Positions 55,521 to 64,000 of a stretch of 64,000 nt of DNA are shown in pieces. Under the pieces are notes generated by a model. The model did not search any database. It was not told the DNA's origin and saw nothing but the letters and a program-made list of their open reading frames with translations. The DNA comes from an uncultured Candidatus Saccharibacteria bacterium. Its GTDB lineage: Bacteria; Patescibacteriota; Minisyncoccia; Phycocordibacterales; UBA918. The translations under genes were made by a program, and so were the position numbers. The first letter of the stretch is position 1. Each line of letters begins with the position of its first letter. The stretch is taken from positions 5,444 to 69,443 of the forward strand of contig CAYRMI010000004.1 in NCBI GenBank assembly GCA_964425625.1, in the 5' to 3' direction.

Positions 55521-57200
55521 CTACATTTGGAGTGGCAGTTCAAAGGTAAACCGAGAACCTTTACCTTCTCCTTCGGAGTGAGCGGTGATGTTTCCGCCCA
55601 TGGCCTCGGCCATTTTTAGTGCTACATAGAGTCCAAGTCCGGTTCCCTTTACGTTTACCGTGTTGGCTTTGTTGCCTCGTTCAAATTTTTGGAAAATGCT
55701 GTCTAGCGTTTCTTGGTCCATACCGATACCAGTATCGACAATATCGACATAAATTCTTTTTGCTTTTATATCATCTCGCACGACCACGTTTAGAGTTCCT
55801 TTCGGAGTATATTTAAGTGAATTATTGATGAGGTTATGAAGAATTTGCTGGACCTTACCCAAGTCGGCGTTTACTATCCCTTTACCGGTGAGGCTAGTAC
55901 GGAAGAGTAATACGAGTCCTTTACGGAGAGCTTCAGCTCGTATATCGTCGCAGATTAACTCTGTTTCGTTGCGTAAGTTGAAGTCCGTCAGATGGTATTT
56001 CATATTACCAGACTCTATACGTGAGACGTTGAGATAGTCTTCGATTGACTCCGCCATGAAGCGAGCTGAGTGCTCGATACGGTCTAGTGGTTCAACCATT
56101 TTACTTGGTACAACACCATAATTCCCTTCTCGGAGCATAGAGGCATAACCAGCAATCGAGGTAAGAGGACTACGGAGTTGATGTGAGGCAATCGAAACAA
56201 ATTCTGACTTCTGCTTGTCTAATTGCTTAAGTCGATTATTTGCGTGTTCAAGTCTGGTGGCTAGTCTTTCGATTTCTTCACGTTGTTTAATTTCGGCTTT
56301 AATACTACGTACCAATAAAAATCCTAATACTGAAAAAAGGATAAGGGTGGTAATAGCAATTAGATGAGCGTTGTCTATGGTGCGAACAAATAGAATAGAT
56401 AAGAGGAGTACAAAAGAACCAGAGAACAATGCTTCAGCAGCAAAGATTTTTGCCCGAAAAGCTTCATAGCGAACTACAACATAACTGACAAAGATCATTA
56501 GCATGGGCATACCAAAAAGACCGATTTGACCAATTTCCCAATCAGACTCAATGCTACCGACAATATTTCCAATGGAAAAGAGAAACAAGAAGAGCAGAAT
56601 TCCAGTAGAAATAATTAATATCTCTTGCCTTTTTTCTTTTCTCTTTTCAGAAATTAAATATTTTGCAACGTATACAAAAATCCATAAAGCAACTAAAATT
56701 TCAACATAGTATATGTAATTTTGCCATAGGGGACCTTCGATAGCTTCTCGCCAGCAATTAGTTAAATCAAAACCCAAAAGATTAAGCGATGTATGGCCAA
56801 ACAGAAATAGTGGAATGAAAAATGAAAAAATCAGTAGTTCCTTTCTAAAAGACGGAAACTTTCCTGAAATATAGGCATAAATAAAATACAAACTACCAAT
56901 GTAAACAAAGAGTTCAAAGTACGCCATTGCACTCCAAGTAAACATTATTAAGCTAATGCTATCAGAAGCCCAAAGAAAAAGATCCATCATTGTCCAGATG
57001 GTAAAGCTTAAGCCTATAAAGAGTAAGGCTTGGGCTGCCTTATTTTGCTTGGCATTTAGAAAAAGGAAAAGTGATATAAGGATTGATGATAAAGCTGGCA
57101 GGAGGTGAGAGTAATAAATAAAGTCACCCCAAATATTTTCCGAGAAGAATAGGAATGATGTTTCACTCCAGGCACAGATAGCGATATCTTGAAAGGGCAT
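55521..57200 (-). CDS. Membrane-bound sensor histidine kinase (multi-TM N-terminus)
   Basis: ASHQLRSPL H-box, NLINNSLKYT, DTGIG, GTGLGL. Confidence 0.92.
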   Translation of the reverse strand: MPFQDIAICAWSETSFLFFSENIWGDFIYYSHLLPALSSILISLFLFLNAKQNKAAQALLFIGLSFTIWTMMDLFLWASDSISLIMFTWSAMAYFELFVYIGSLYFIYAYISGKFPSFRKELLIFSFFIPLFLFGHTSLNLLGFDLTNCWREAIEGPLWQNYIYYVEILVALWIFVYVAKYLISEKRKEKRQEILIISTGILLFLFLFSIGNIVGSIESDWEIGQIGLFGMPMLMIFVSYVVVRYEAFRAKIFAAEALFSGSFVLLLSILFVRTIDNAHLIAITTLILFSVLGFLLVRSIKAEIKQREEIERLATRLEHANNRLKQLDKQKSEFVSIASHQLRSPLTSIAGYASMLREGNYGVVPSKMVEPLDRIEHSARFMAESIEDYLNVSRIESGNMKYHLTDFNLRNETELICDDIRAEALRKGLVLLFRTSLTGKGIVNADLGKVQQILHNLINNSLKYTPKGTLNVVVRDDIKAKRIYVDIVDTGIGMDQETLDSIFQKFERGNKANTVNVKGTGLGLYVALKMAEAMGGNITAHSEGEGKGSRFTFELPLQM

Positions 57201-57209
57201 AATTAAATA

Positions 57210-57374
57210 TTATTCCTCTAATTCTTCTTCCGCAAAGTAGTCGCTTGTATCGGGACCTTCTGGATTAGTAAAAACATTAAAGTCTTCTAATACTACTACT
57301 GTGTAGTAAATGATAAAAATCCCTATTATTATCATTGTAGAGAAAATAATTCTGACTACGGTTTGCTTACTCAT
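57210..57374 (-). CDS. 54-aa single-TM small protein
   Basis: MSKQTVVRIIFSTMIIIGIFIIYYTVVVLEDFNVFTNPEGPDTSDYFAEEELEE; stop 9 nt before kinase start; below ORF-track cutoff. Confidence 0.65.
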   Translation of the reverse strand: MSKQTVVRIIFSTMIIIGIFIIYYTVVVLEDFNVFTNPEGPDTSDYFAEEELEE

Positions 57375-57415
57375 AGATTTAAGGTGCACAATTAGTATAC
57401 CTTAAACAAAATGTT

Positions 57416-57916
57416 TTATTTGTGTGAGGTGTGATTTCTTTTCGCTTCGACATTATAAATTTTTTGAAAAGGTGGAGTGATTAGAGGTTTAGCCTTTTGG
57501 AATTGTTCTTGTGTAAGTGAAAATATTGGGCCGATTTCGTGACGGCAGTTTTTGCTTTTACATCGACATCCACCGGGGACAAGGTAATCTGGATCGGCCT
57601 CGGTTAAAGAATAATCCATGGTAATTTCACTACCAGCTTCAATATTCTTTAAGGCCACAACAATTCGCTTACCTATTATGTAAGCGTTCGGCTCGCAGGA
57701 ATGATTTATAAAGCGAAAGGGTGATTCATTTGTGTTGATCCAAGAATATCGTCCAATACCAATCCAGTTAAGGCTATTTTTAATTAACTTTCCAGTAAAC
57801 TTATGGACTATTTCTACTGGACCATGGATAACACCAATTCTTTTACCTTTTATAATTTTGCTATCAGTGTGTAAACCGCTTCCAATAATTTGGCTTTTTT
57901 TAATATATAGTGACAC
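57416..57916 (-). CDS. SET domain protein with post-SET Cys cluster
   Basis: S.IIGSGL, RFINHSCEPN, EITMDY, CRCKSKNCR. Confidence 0.9.
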   Translation of the reverse strand: MSLYIKKSQIIGSGLHTDSKIIKGKRIGVIHGPVEIVHKFTGKLIKNSLNWIGIGRYSWINTNESPFRFINHSCEPNAYIIGKRIVVALKNIEAGSEITMDYSLTEADPDYLVPGGCRCKSKNCRHEIGPIFSLTQEQFQKAKPLITPPFQKIYNVEAKRNHTSHK

Positions 57917-57978
57917 AATGTCTAATACTTTAAATTACCTTATGATTAAAGTAAACGATTAAGTTGTTAACTGGCTAG

Positions 57979-58641
57979 TTATCGACGTGCTGCCAGTACA
58001 CCTACCAAGGCGTGCAGAAAGGCATTGGAAATTGGATAAAACATTAATATATGCCAGAAATCACCTTGCGTTGAGTAGGTAACCAGTCCAAGTGTTAGGT
58101 AAGCTAAAGACCAGATAAACCAGGGAAGAGCTGCTTCACGCTCAGGGTTTTGGAAGGTGGTTTTTAGGATTGGGTAAAATGATGGGAATGTAGACAAATT
58201 TGACAAGAATAAGAACATAAACACTGCCAACTCCTTATGATTAGTGCTTATAAAAGCAGACACGGCAAGCGCCCAGGCAAATATGTAGGCAATGGTAATA
58301 ATGATGTCACTAGTAAATGACCAACGTTCCCATTTTTCCTCTGGCCACCAATCCCTTGGCCACCATTGGCTAGGGTTTCCTTTTCTTACTTTTATCCAAC
58401 AAATGGCTGAAACATAAATCGCTAGAACCGAACATACCAAAGGTAAAATTAGTTCAGCAAAAGTAGCATCTTTGTCCCATTCGAGGATAGTTAGTAGAGC
58501 TGTTCCATAAGCAAACATGAACCAAGTAACGGGGTTGGGGTCTATGTCTTCGTCAAAAATGTAAAATATATAGCCGAGAAGTTGTAATCCTCCGGCAATT
58601 AGACCGAAGATCAGTAAATTGTTAGTAATGATTTCAATCAT
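57979..58641 (-). CDS. Hypothetical multi-TM protein
   Basis: PNPVTW, P..ERE...PW motifs, about 7 TM. Confidence 0.7.
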   Translation of the reverse strand: MIEIITNNLLIFGLIAGGLQLLGYIFYIFDEDIDPNPVTWFMFAYGTALLTILEWDKDATFAELILPLVCSVLAIYVSAICWIKVRKGNPSQWWPRDWWPEEKWERWSFTSDIIITIAYIFAWALAVSAFISTNHKELAVFMFLFLSNLSTFPSFYPILKTTFQNPEREAALPWFIWSLAYLTLGLVTYSTQGDFWHILMFYPISNAFLHALVGVLAARR

Positions 58642-58668
58642 TTAAAAATACTAACATAATAAATAAAG

Positions 58669-59151
58669 TCAGTTCATTGCCAATAGGCATAGTGGTGCTA
58701 GGAGCCACCAGAAAGTTAGCGCCGGTCTAGTAAATAGATCTAACACTTCAATTGGAGTTGATAGTATAAAACTAGCCGGTAAGATAGAAAAGCTTACTAT
58801 CAAGACTAGAATTGTAAGAGCTGTCGCCAATAATATTTTTTTTGGAAAAGATTCAAGTTTATTTTCCCGATACTCTGCTGGCGATATTCTTTTGGCTAAA
58901 AAAAATCCCCCAACAGTAAAAGTGATAAATATCAATACAGAAGGCAGATCAGAAAACTCTGAGGCAATTTTAGCTGTTATTGAATCAAGATAAGGAAAGA
59001 ACAAAAATAGTGCTATCGCCAGGTATATTCCTAGTATCAAATTTATAACACTTTGCCTGCCAATCAATATGGCCCAGGTTAATGAAATAAAAAATGTAGA
59101 AAGTATAAATGAAAATTCTATTAGATAGGTAACAATTAAATTTGTGTCCAT
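58669..59151 (-). CDS. Hypothetical membrane protein
   Basis: 160-aa hydrophobic ORF ending FWWLLAPL. Confidence 0.7.
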   Translation of the reverse strand: MDTNLIVTYLIEFSFILSTFFISLTWAILIGRQSVINLILGIYLAIALFLFFPYLDSITAKIASEFSDLPSVLIFITFTVGGFFLAKRISPAEYRENKLESFPKKILLATALTILVLIVSFSILPASFILSTPIEVLDLFTRPALTFWWLLAPLCLLAMN

Positions 59152-59196
59152 TTAGATATTATAAATTAATCAGTGCTTTATGTAGACTTATATATG

Positions 59197-60615
59197 TTAT
59201 GAACTAGTGCGAAAGTTGGAAAATTGCCAGGGATCTTCGTCTGCTATTTGAGGAGGTTTCCAGTCGGTGTAATGGTGAGAGATTGTTCCTAGATATGGTG
59301 TTTGTGTTTCAAGGCATTCTTCGTGATTAACTTCGTCGGTTTCAATTAATCCTTCGTTAGGATGTTCTAGTATATAGAATAAACCAGCTAATATGGCAGA
59401 GGAAACCTGCAAACCTGTCGCATTTTGGTGTGGAGCGAGTGATCGTGTTTCGTCTATAGTAAGGGTCGAACCATACCATAGAGCTCCCTTTTCGTGACCA
59501 TATAGCAAAACTCCAAGTTGATCTTGGCCTGCTATAATTTCACTTTCATCTAATAAAGAGATTTTATCTTGAAGTTCGCAATTTCTTTCCAAGAATAATT
59601 CTCTGACTGACTCGACGGTTGCATCGCTAGGATGATAGGCATAACAACAAGTCGGACGATATAATACTTCATCTCCAGAAGAGACTGTATAATAGTCGGC
59701 AATAGAAATTGCTTCGTTGTGAGTAATTAGTAAACCTATATGTTCACCTTGATCTGGAGTCCAAGTTCTTACCTGGACCATTCCTCCTGATGTCGTCAAA
59801 TAAATTGAAGGACTATCTGAAGTTTGATGTTTGTGTGCATCATAAGGCAGAATCTTCTCATGCGTTCCCCAACCCAGCTCAGCTGGTTGTAGTCCTTCAG
59901 CTACAAAACCTTCGATCGACCAGGTGTTAATAAATTCATTTGTTTGCTTTGGCATTGCGCGACGTTGAGTATCCCGTTCTGCAATGTGTATGCCTTTTAC
60001 ACCGAGCGTTTGCATAAGTCTAGCCCAACCATCTTTATTATTTGGTTTTTCTACTGGGTAATTTAAATCTGTTGCTAGTTGTATTAAAGCAGCTTTTACA
60101 AACCAAGAAACCATTCCTGGATTTGCGCCACAACACGATATTGCTGTCGGGGTTTTCGATAAAATCGGCTTTAAGTCGTGTAGTGATTTGCGAAGTGCAA
60201 AATTTGATTTGCTGGCATGATCTAAACCGTCATTAAAGTAAAAGCCTGGCCATGGTTCTACTACGGTGTCTATGTAGTGGGTATTATTTGTCGCTGCAAA
60301 CGCAATCAAGTCTTTGGAACAGACTTCATTAGCGACGTTTATAATGCATCCCCGAGGCTTACCGTTACCTATGTATTTTCCTAGGATTAATTGATGATTT
60401 TCTTTCGTAAGAGTTAAGGTAATAAATTTTACGCCATATTTCTCAGCGATGTGGCGATTCTTTTCATCAGGACAAATAATCGTAATTTGTTTGTTGTCCT
60501 GTAAATTTATATGCTTGTAAAGCAGTGGAAGAACCGCTTTACCAATTGAGCCAAAACCCACAATAATAATTTGCCCGTTAAAATTCTTTTTATTCAAAGG
60601 GTATGCTTGGACCAT
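59197..60615 (-). CDS. hss: Homospermidine synthase
   Basis: GFGSIG, YIDTVVEPW, CCGANPGMVSWFVK, IHIAERDTQ, NTWSIEGF, ITHNEAISI, QNATGLQV. Confidence 0.92.
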   Translation of the reverse strand: MVQAYPLNKKNFNGQIIIVGFGSIGKAVLPLLYKHINLQDNKQITIICPDEKNRHIAEKYGVKFITLTLTKENHQLILGKYIGNGKPRGCIINVANEVCSKDLIAFAATNNTHYIDTVVEPWPGFYFNDGLDHASKSNFALRKSLHDLKPILSKTPTAISCCGANPGMVSWFVKAALIQLATDLNYPVEKPNNKDGWARLMQTLGVKGIHIAERDTQRRAMPKQTNEFINTWSIEGFVAEGLQPAELGWGTHEKILPYDAHKHQTSDSPSIYLTTSGGMVQVRTWTPDQGEHIGLLITHNEAISIADYYTVSSGDEVLYRPTCCYAYHPSDATVESVRELFLERNCELQDKISLLDESEIIAGQDQLGVLLYGHEKGALWYGSTLTIDETRSLAPHQNATGLQVSSAILAGLFYILEHPNEGLIETDEVNHEECLETQTPYLGTISHHYTDWKPPQIADEDPWQFSNFRTSS

Positions 60616-60695
60616 TTTTTAGTTTAGCTAACAGAGCAATTTTTTAATAAATAATAAAACACCCAGAATTGTATAATTCTAACATAGTAGTATTT

Positions 60696-61772
60696 CTAAA
60701 CCCCCTCTTGGCGCAGGTCCGCGACGAGTTTCTCAGCCTTCTTGGACAACTTCTTGGGCATGGCGATAGTGACTTTGATCATGAAGTCTCCGCGACCTCT
60801 TTCGGTCGGTACACCTTTTTCTTTAACGCGGAGCATTTCACCATGAGTTATGCCAGCTGGTATCTTCACTTCGATATTTCCGTCTAGAGTTTCTACGCTA
60901 TAGGTACTACCCAAGAGCGCGTCAGTTAGCTTTACTGGTAGGGTGGTCAAGAGGGTTGAACCTTCGCGTTTGATATGCGGATGTCCTTCTACTCCGACTT
61001 TGATGTAGAGGTCGCCTGGTTGACCATGAGGCATGGCCTCACCCCGGCCTGGCATGCGTATCACTTCCCCATTTTCTATACCGGCTGGTATTTTGAATCC
61101 AATCTCCTCTTGTTTGCGTTCAATACCCGCTCCGGCACATCTTCCACAGCGCTCTTTTGGCACTTGGCCCTTACCGTGACAGATATTACATTCACGGACG
61201 GTGGTAAAACTACCCATGATGCTTTGTCTCGTTTCGCGAATTTTTCCATTACCGGCGCAGGTATCACAGGTGGTTGTTCCGGCTCCGGTTTTGGCCCCAC
61301 TACCCTGACACTCTGAGCAAAGTGAATTTTTAGTAATCAGGACACTGCGAGAAGTACCAAAAATTGATTCTTTGAAGTTGAGATTTATTTCAATAGAGAT
61401 ATCACGACCTCTAGATTGCTTGGTTTGTCGTCCACCACCAAAGCCGAAGTTTTCGAAGATATCGTTTATATCGAATTCAAAACCTTGACCGTTGAAACCA
61501 CCTTGTGAAGCGAAATCTGTCCAATTGAAACCACCCCCAAAACCAGCCCCCGGTGCTTGGCCACCAGAAAAAGCATGCCCGTAGCTATCATATTCGGCTT
61601 TTTTCTTATCATCACCCAAGACAGCGTAAGCTTCGGTTATCTCTTTGTATTTAGCCTCATCACCGGTTTTCTTATCTGGGTGATACTGGGCGGCTAGTTT
61701 ACGGAAGGCTTTTTTGACTTCGTCTTTGGCGGCGCCCTTCTTGAGTCCGAGGACTTCGTAGTAGTCTTTCAT
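60696..61772 (-). CDS. dnaJ: Chaperone DnaJ
   Basis: J domain HPD, G/F region, four CxxCxGxG repeats. Confidence 0.97.
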   Translation of the reverse strand: MKDYYEVLGLKKGAAKDEVKKAFRKLAAQYHPDKKTGDEAKYKEITEAYAVLGDDKKKAEYDSYGHAFSGGQAPGAGFGGGFNWTDFASQGGFNGQGFEFDINDIFENFGFGGGRQTKQSRGRDISIEINLNFKESIFGTSRSVLITKNSLCSECQGSGAKTGAGTTTCDTCAGNGKIRETRQSIMGSFTTVRECNICHGKGQVPKERCGRCAGAGIERKQEEIGFKIPAGIENGEVIRMPGRGEAMPHGQPGDLYIKVGVEGHPHIKREGSTLLTTLPVKLTDALLGSTYSVETLDGNIEVKIPAGITHGEMLRVKEKGVPTERGRGDFMIKVTIAMPKKLSKKAEKLVADLRQEGV

Positions 61773-61843
61773 GATAGTGACAGAGTTGGACTAATCTTTA
61801 ATAATAGGTCGATTATGACAGGTTTTTATGTCCTGGCAAGCCT

Positions 61844-63742
61844 TTATTTGTTATCGGATTTTTCGTCATTAGTTACTTCCGCGTCTCTGACTATATCTTC
61901 CTTGGGTCCATCTTCTTTTTGTTCTTTAGCCTCTTCGGCAGCAGCCTTTTGCATGATTTCACCAATTTTCTGAAGAGAAGTTGAAAGCAGTTCAGTCTTC
62001 ACTTCAATTTCAGCTTTGTCACCTTTCTCCATAGTTGATTTTAACTCAGACATCTTAGTTTCAATTTCTGTTTTGGTTTCGACGGGAATCTTACCACCAT
62101 GTTCCTTGAGAGCTTTTTCAGCGGTGTAGATAAGTTGTTCGGCTTGGTTTTTGGCTTCAATTACTGCTTTCTTCTGCTCGTCTTCAGTAGCATGATCCTC
62201 AGCCTCCTTCTTCATACGATCGATATCAGCCTCAGTTAGTCCGGAGCTAGCTTCAATCCGGATAGATTGCTCTTTGCCAGTAGCTTTGTCTTTGGCGGTC
62301 ACTTTGAGTACCCCGTTACTATCGACATCAAACACTACTTCGACTTGTGGTACGCCACGTGGAGCTGGTGGAATACCATCGAGTACGAACTTTCCCAGTG
62401 ACTTATTGTCATTGGCCATTGGTCTTTCCCCTTGAACAATATGTATCTCAGTTGAGGTTTGGTTGTCAGCGGCGGTTGAGAAGATTTGTTGCTTCTTGGT
62501 CGGAATATGAGTGTTCTTTTCAATCAACTTGGTGTTTACACCACCCATAGTCTCAATCCCAAGAGAAAGCGGAATAACATCTACCAAAGTAATATCTTGA
62601 ACATCGCCTTGGAAAATACCAGCTTGAATAGCGGCTCCAAGAGCTACCACTTCGTCTGGATTAATTGTCTTGTTTGGCTCTTTACCAAATAATTCTTTCA
62701 CCGCTTGTACAATCGCCGGCATGCGAGTCTGGCCACCAACCATAATCACTTCATCAATGTCTTCCTTCTTTAGACCAGAAGCCTCTAAAGCCCGCTTGGT
62801 GATTTCGATCGATTTATCAATAAACTCATGAGCAAGCTCTTCTAGTTTGGCGCGTGAAAGTTTAATTAGAAGGTGTTTAGGGCCATTTGCATCGTTGGTG
62901 ATAAAGGGAATATTGACCTCGGTCTCGGTCGTTGAAGAGAGTTCTAGCTTAGCTTTTTCGGCGGCTTCATCTAGGCGACCTAAAGCTAGCTTATCGTGAG
63001 ATAGATCAATTCCTTCAGCTTTCTTAAATTCTGCAATTAGATGACGGATAATCGTTTGATCAATATCTCGTCCACCCATATGAGCATCTCCGTCAGTTGA
63101 TTGCACTTCAATCACATCATCACCCACCTCTAGGACTGAAACGTCAAAGGTTCCACCACCAAAGTCGTAGACAACAATCTTCTCATCTTTCTTTTTGTTG
63201 AAACCGTAAGCTAAAGCAGCAGCGGTTGGCTCGTTGATAATACGTTTTACTTCTAGGCCAGCAATTTTTCCAGCATCTTGTGTGGCTTTGCGTTGGGTAT
63301 CATTGAAGTAGGCAGGCACAGTAATAACTGCCTCAGTGATTTTTTCACCAAGCTTGGCTTCGGCATCGGCCTTAAGTTTAGAAAGAATCATAGCCGATAC
63401 TTCTTCTGGTCGGTAATCTTTTCCTCCCATAACAACAATGGCTCCACCATCACTTCCCTTCTTTACTTCATAGGGGACGATTTTCTTATCTTTCTGCACG
63501 GCTTCTTCTTCGTAGGTGTGACCCATGAAGCGCTTGATGCCGTAAATAGTATTGCTGGAATTAGTGACGGCTTGTCGTTTAGCGATTTGTCCGACTAGTC
63601 TTTCATTAGTCTTTGAGATAGCCACAATTGAGGGAGTAGTTCTGGTGCCTTCACTGTTTTCAATAATAGTCGGCTCACCGGCTTCAATGATAGCCATTGC
63701 TGAGTTGGTGGTGCCTAGATCAATACCAAGTATTTTTGCCAT
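61844..63742 (-). CDS. dnaK: Chaperone DnaK
   Basis: [33 protein letters not shown]. Confidence 0.98.
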   Translation of the reverse strand: MAKILGIDLGTTNSAMAIIEAGEPTIIENSEGTRTTPSIVAISKTNERLVGQIAKRQAVTNSSNTIYGIKRFMGHTYEEEAVQKDKKIVPYEVKKGSDGGAIVVMGGKDYRPEEVSAMILSKLKADAEAKLGEKITEAVITVPAYFNDTQRKATQDAGKIAGLEVKRIINEPTAAALAYGFNKKKDEKIVVYDFGGGTFDVSVLEVGDDVIEVQSTDGDAHMGGRDIDQTIIRHLIAEFKKAEGIDLSHDKLALGRLDEAAEKAKLELSSTTETEVNIPFITNDANGPKHLLIKLSRAKLEELAHEFIDKSIEITKRALEASGLKKEDIDEVIMVGGQTRMPAIVQAVKELFGKEPNKTINPDEVVALGAAIQAGIFQGDVQDITLVDVIPLSLGIETMGGVNTKLIEKNTHIPTKKQQIFSTAADNQTSTEIHIVQGERPMANDNKSLGKFVLDGIPPAPRGVPQVEVVFDVDSNGVLKVTAKDKATGKEQSIRIEASSGLTEADIDRMKKEAEDHATEDEQKKAVIEAKNQAEQLIYTAEKALKEHGGKIPVETKTEIETKMSELKSTMEKGDKAEIEVKTELLSTSLQKIGEIMQKAAAEEAKEQKEDGPKEDIVRDAEVTNDEKSDNK

Positions 63743-63766
63743 AATTTTTACAATATAATTTTATAA

Positions 63767-64000
63767 TTATTTATCTTCATACACGCCAATTAATACTCTA
63801 GCTGGACGAATTAGCTCAGTGGTTCCGTTTAAGTGAGTAATTTGATAACCGTTTTGTATCACTGAGATAACTTTGTCGTGCTCCTTTTCCTCTTTAACTT
63901 TTGTCGTGCTTAGGGCTTCGTGCTGATGCGGATTAAATTGCTCACCTAGTGGATTAATTAATTCAACCTGATACTTAGTTAGTAGTTTTTCTAACTGAGA
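63767..64000 (-). CDS. grpE: Nucleotide exchange factor GrpE (3' part only)
   Basis: Manual translation ...GEQFNPHQHEAL...VIQNGY...LIRPARVLIGVYEDK*; upstream of dnaK. Confidence 0.9.
   Translation of the reverse strand, partial: SQLEKLLTKYQVELINPLGEQFNPHQHEALSTTKVKEEKEHDKVISVIQNGYQITHLNGTTELIRPARVLIGVYEDK

Noticed and set aside
1-64000. Alternative genetic code, rRNA/tRNA genes, prophage
   Set aside because: Genes translate fully in the standard bacterial code with TGA used as stop; no rRNA, tRNA or phage structural genes recognised.

Overview
64 kb of a small-genome bacterium read with the standard code. The gene set and gene families point to Patescibacteria/CPR, probably Parcubacteria (inference). 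The window appears to span the replication terminus: + strand genes and G-rich + strand up to about 14 kb (judged by eye), then C-rich + strand, with almost all genes on the - strand from about 23.5 kb. A lone Xer-type recombinase and a symmetric 11-6-11 dif-like site (14011-14038) sit at the switch. Housekeeping genes flank both sides: dnaB, cysS, rplI, rpmA, pgi, murI on the left; gltX, murG, ftsW, mraY, scpAB, pepA, aspS, trpS, dnaJ, dnaK, grpE on the right. Between them is an accessory region of about 16-41 kb. It holds single-gene units separated by a recurring 19-23 bp motif (possible cassette system), defence-type genes (Mrr, DUF2779, GIY-YIG, MazG plus DUF2075-S24 fusion, AbiF with a candidate RNA partner), a PEP-CTERM protein, and metK with a SAM-I riboswitch. 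The aspS leader is a T-box with an ultrashort Stem I, an Asp GAC specifier and a terminator. All calls come from reading motifs by eye; no database searches were run.
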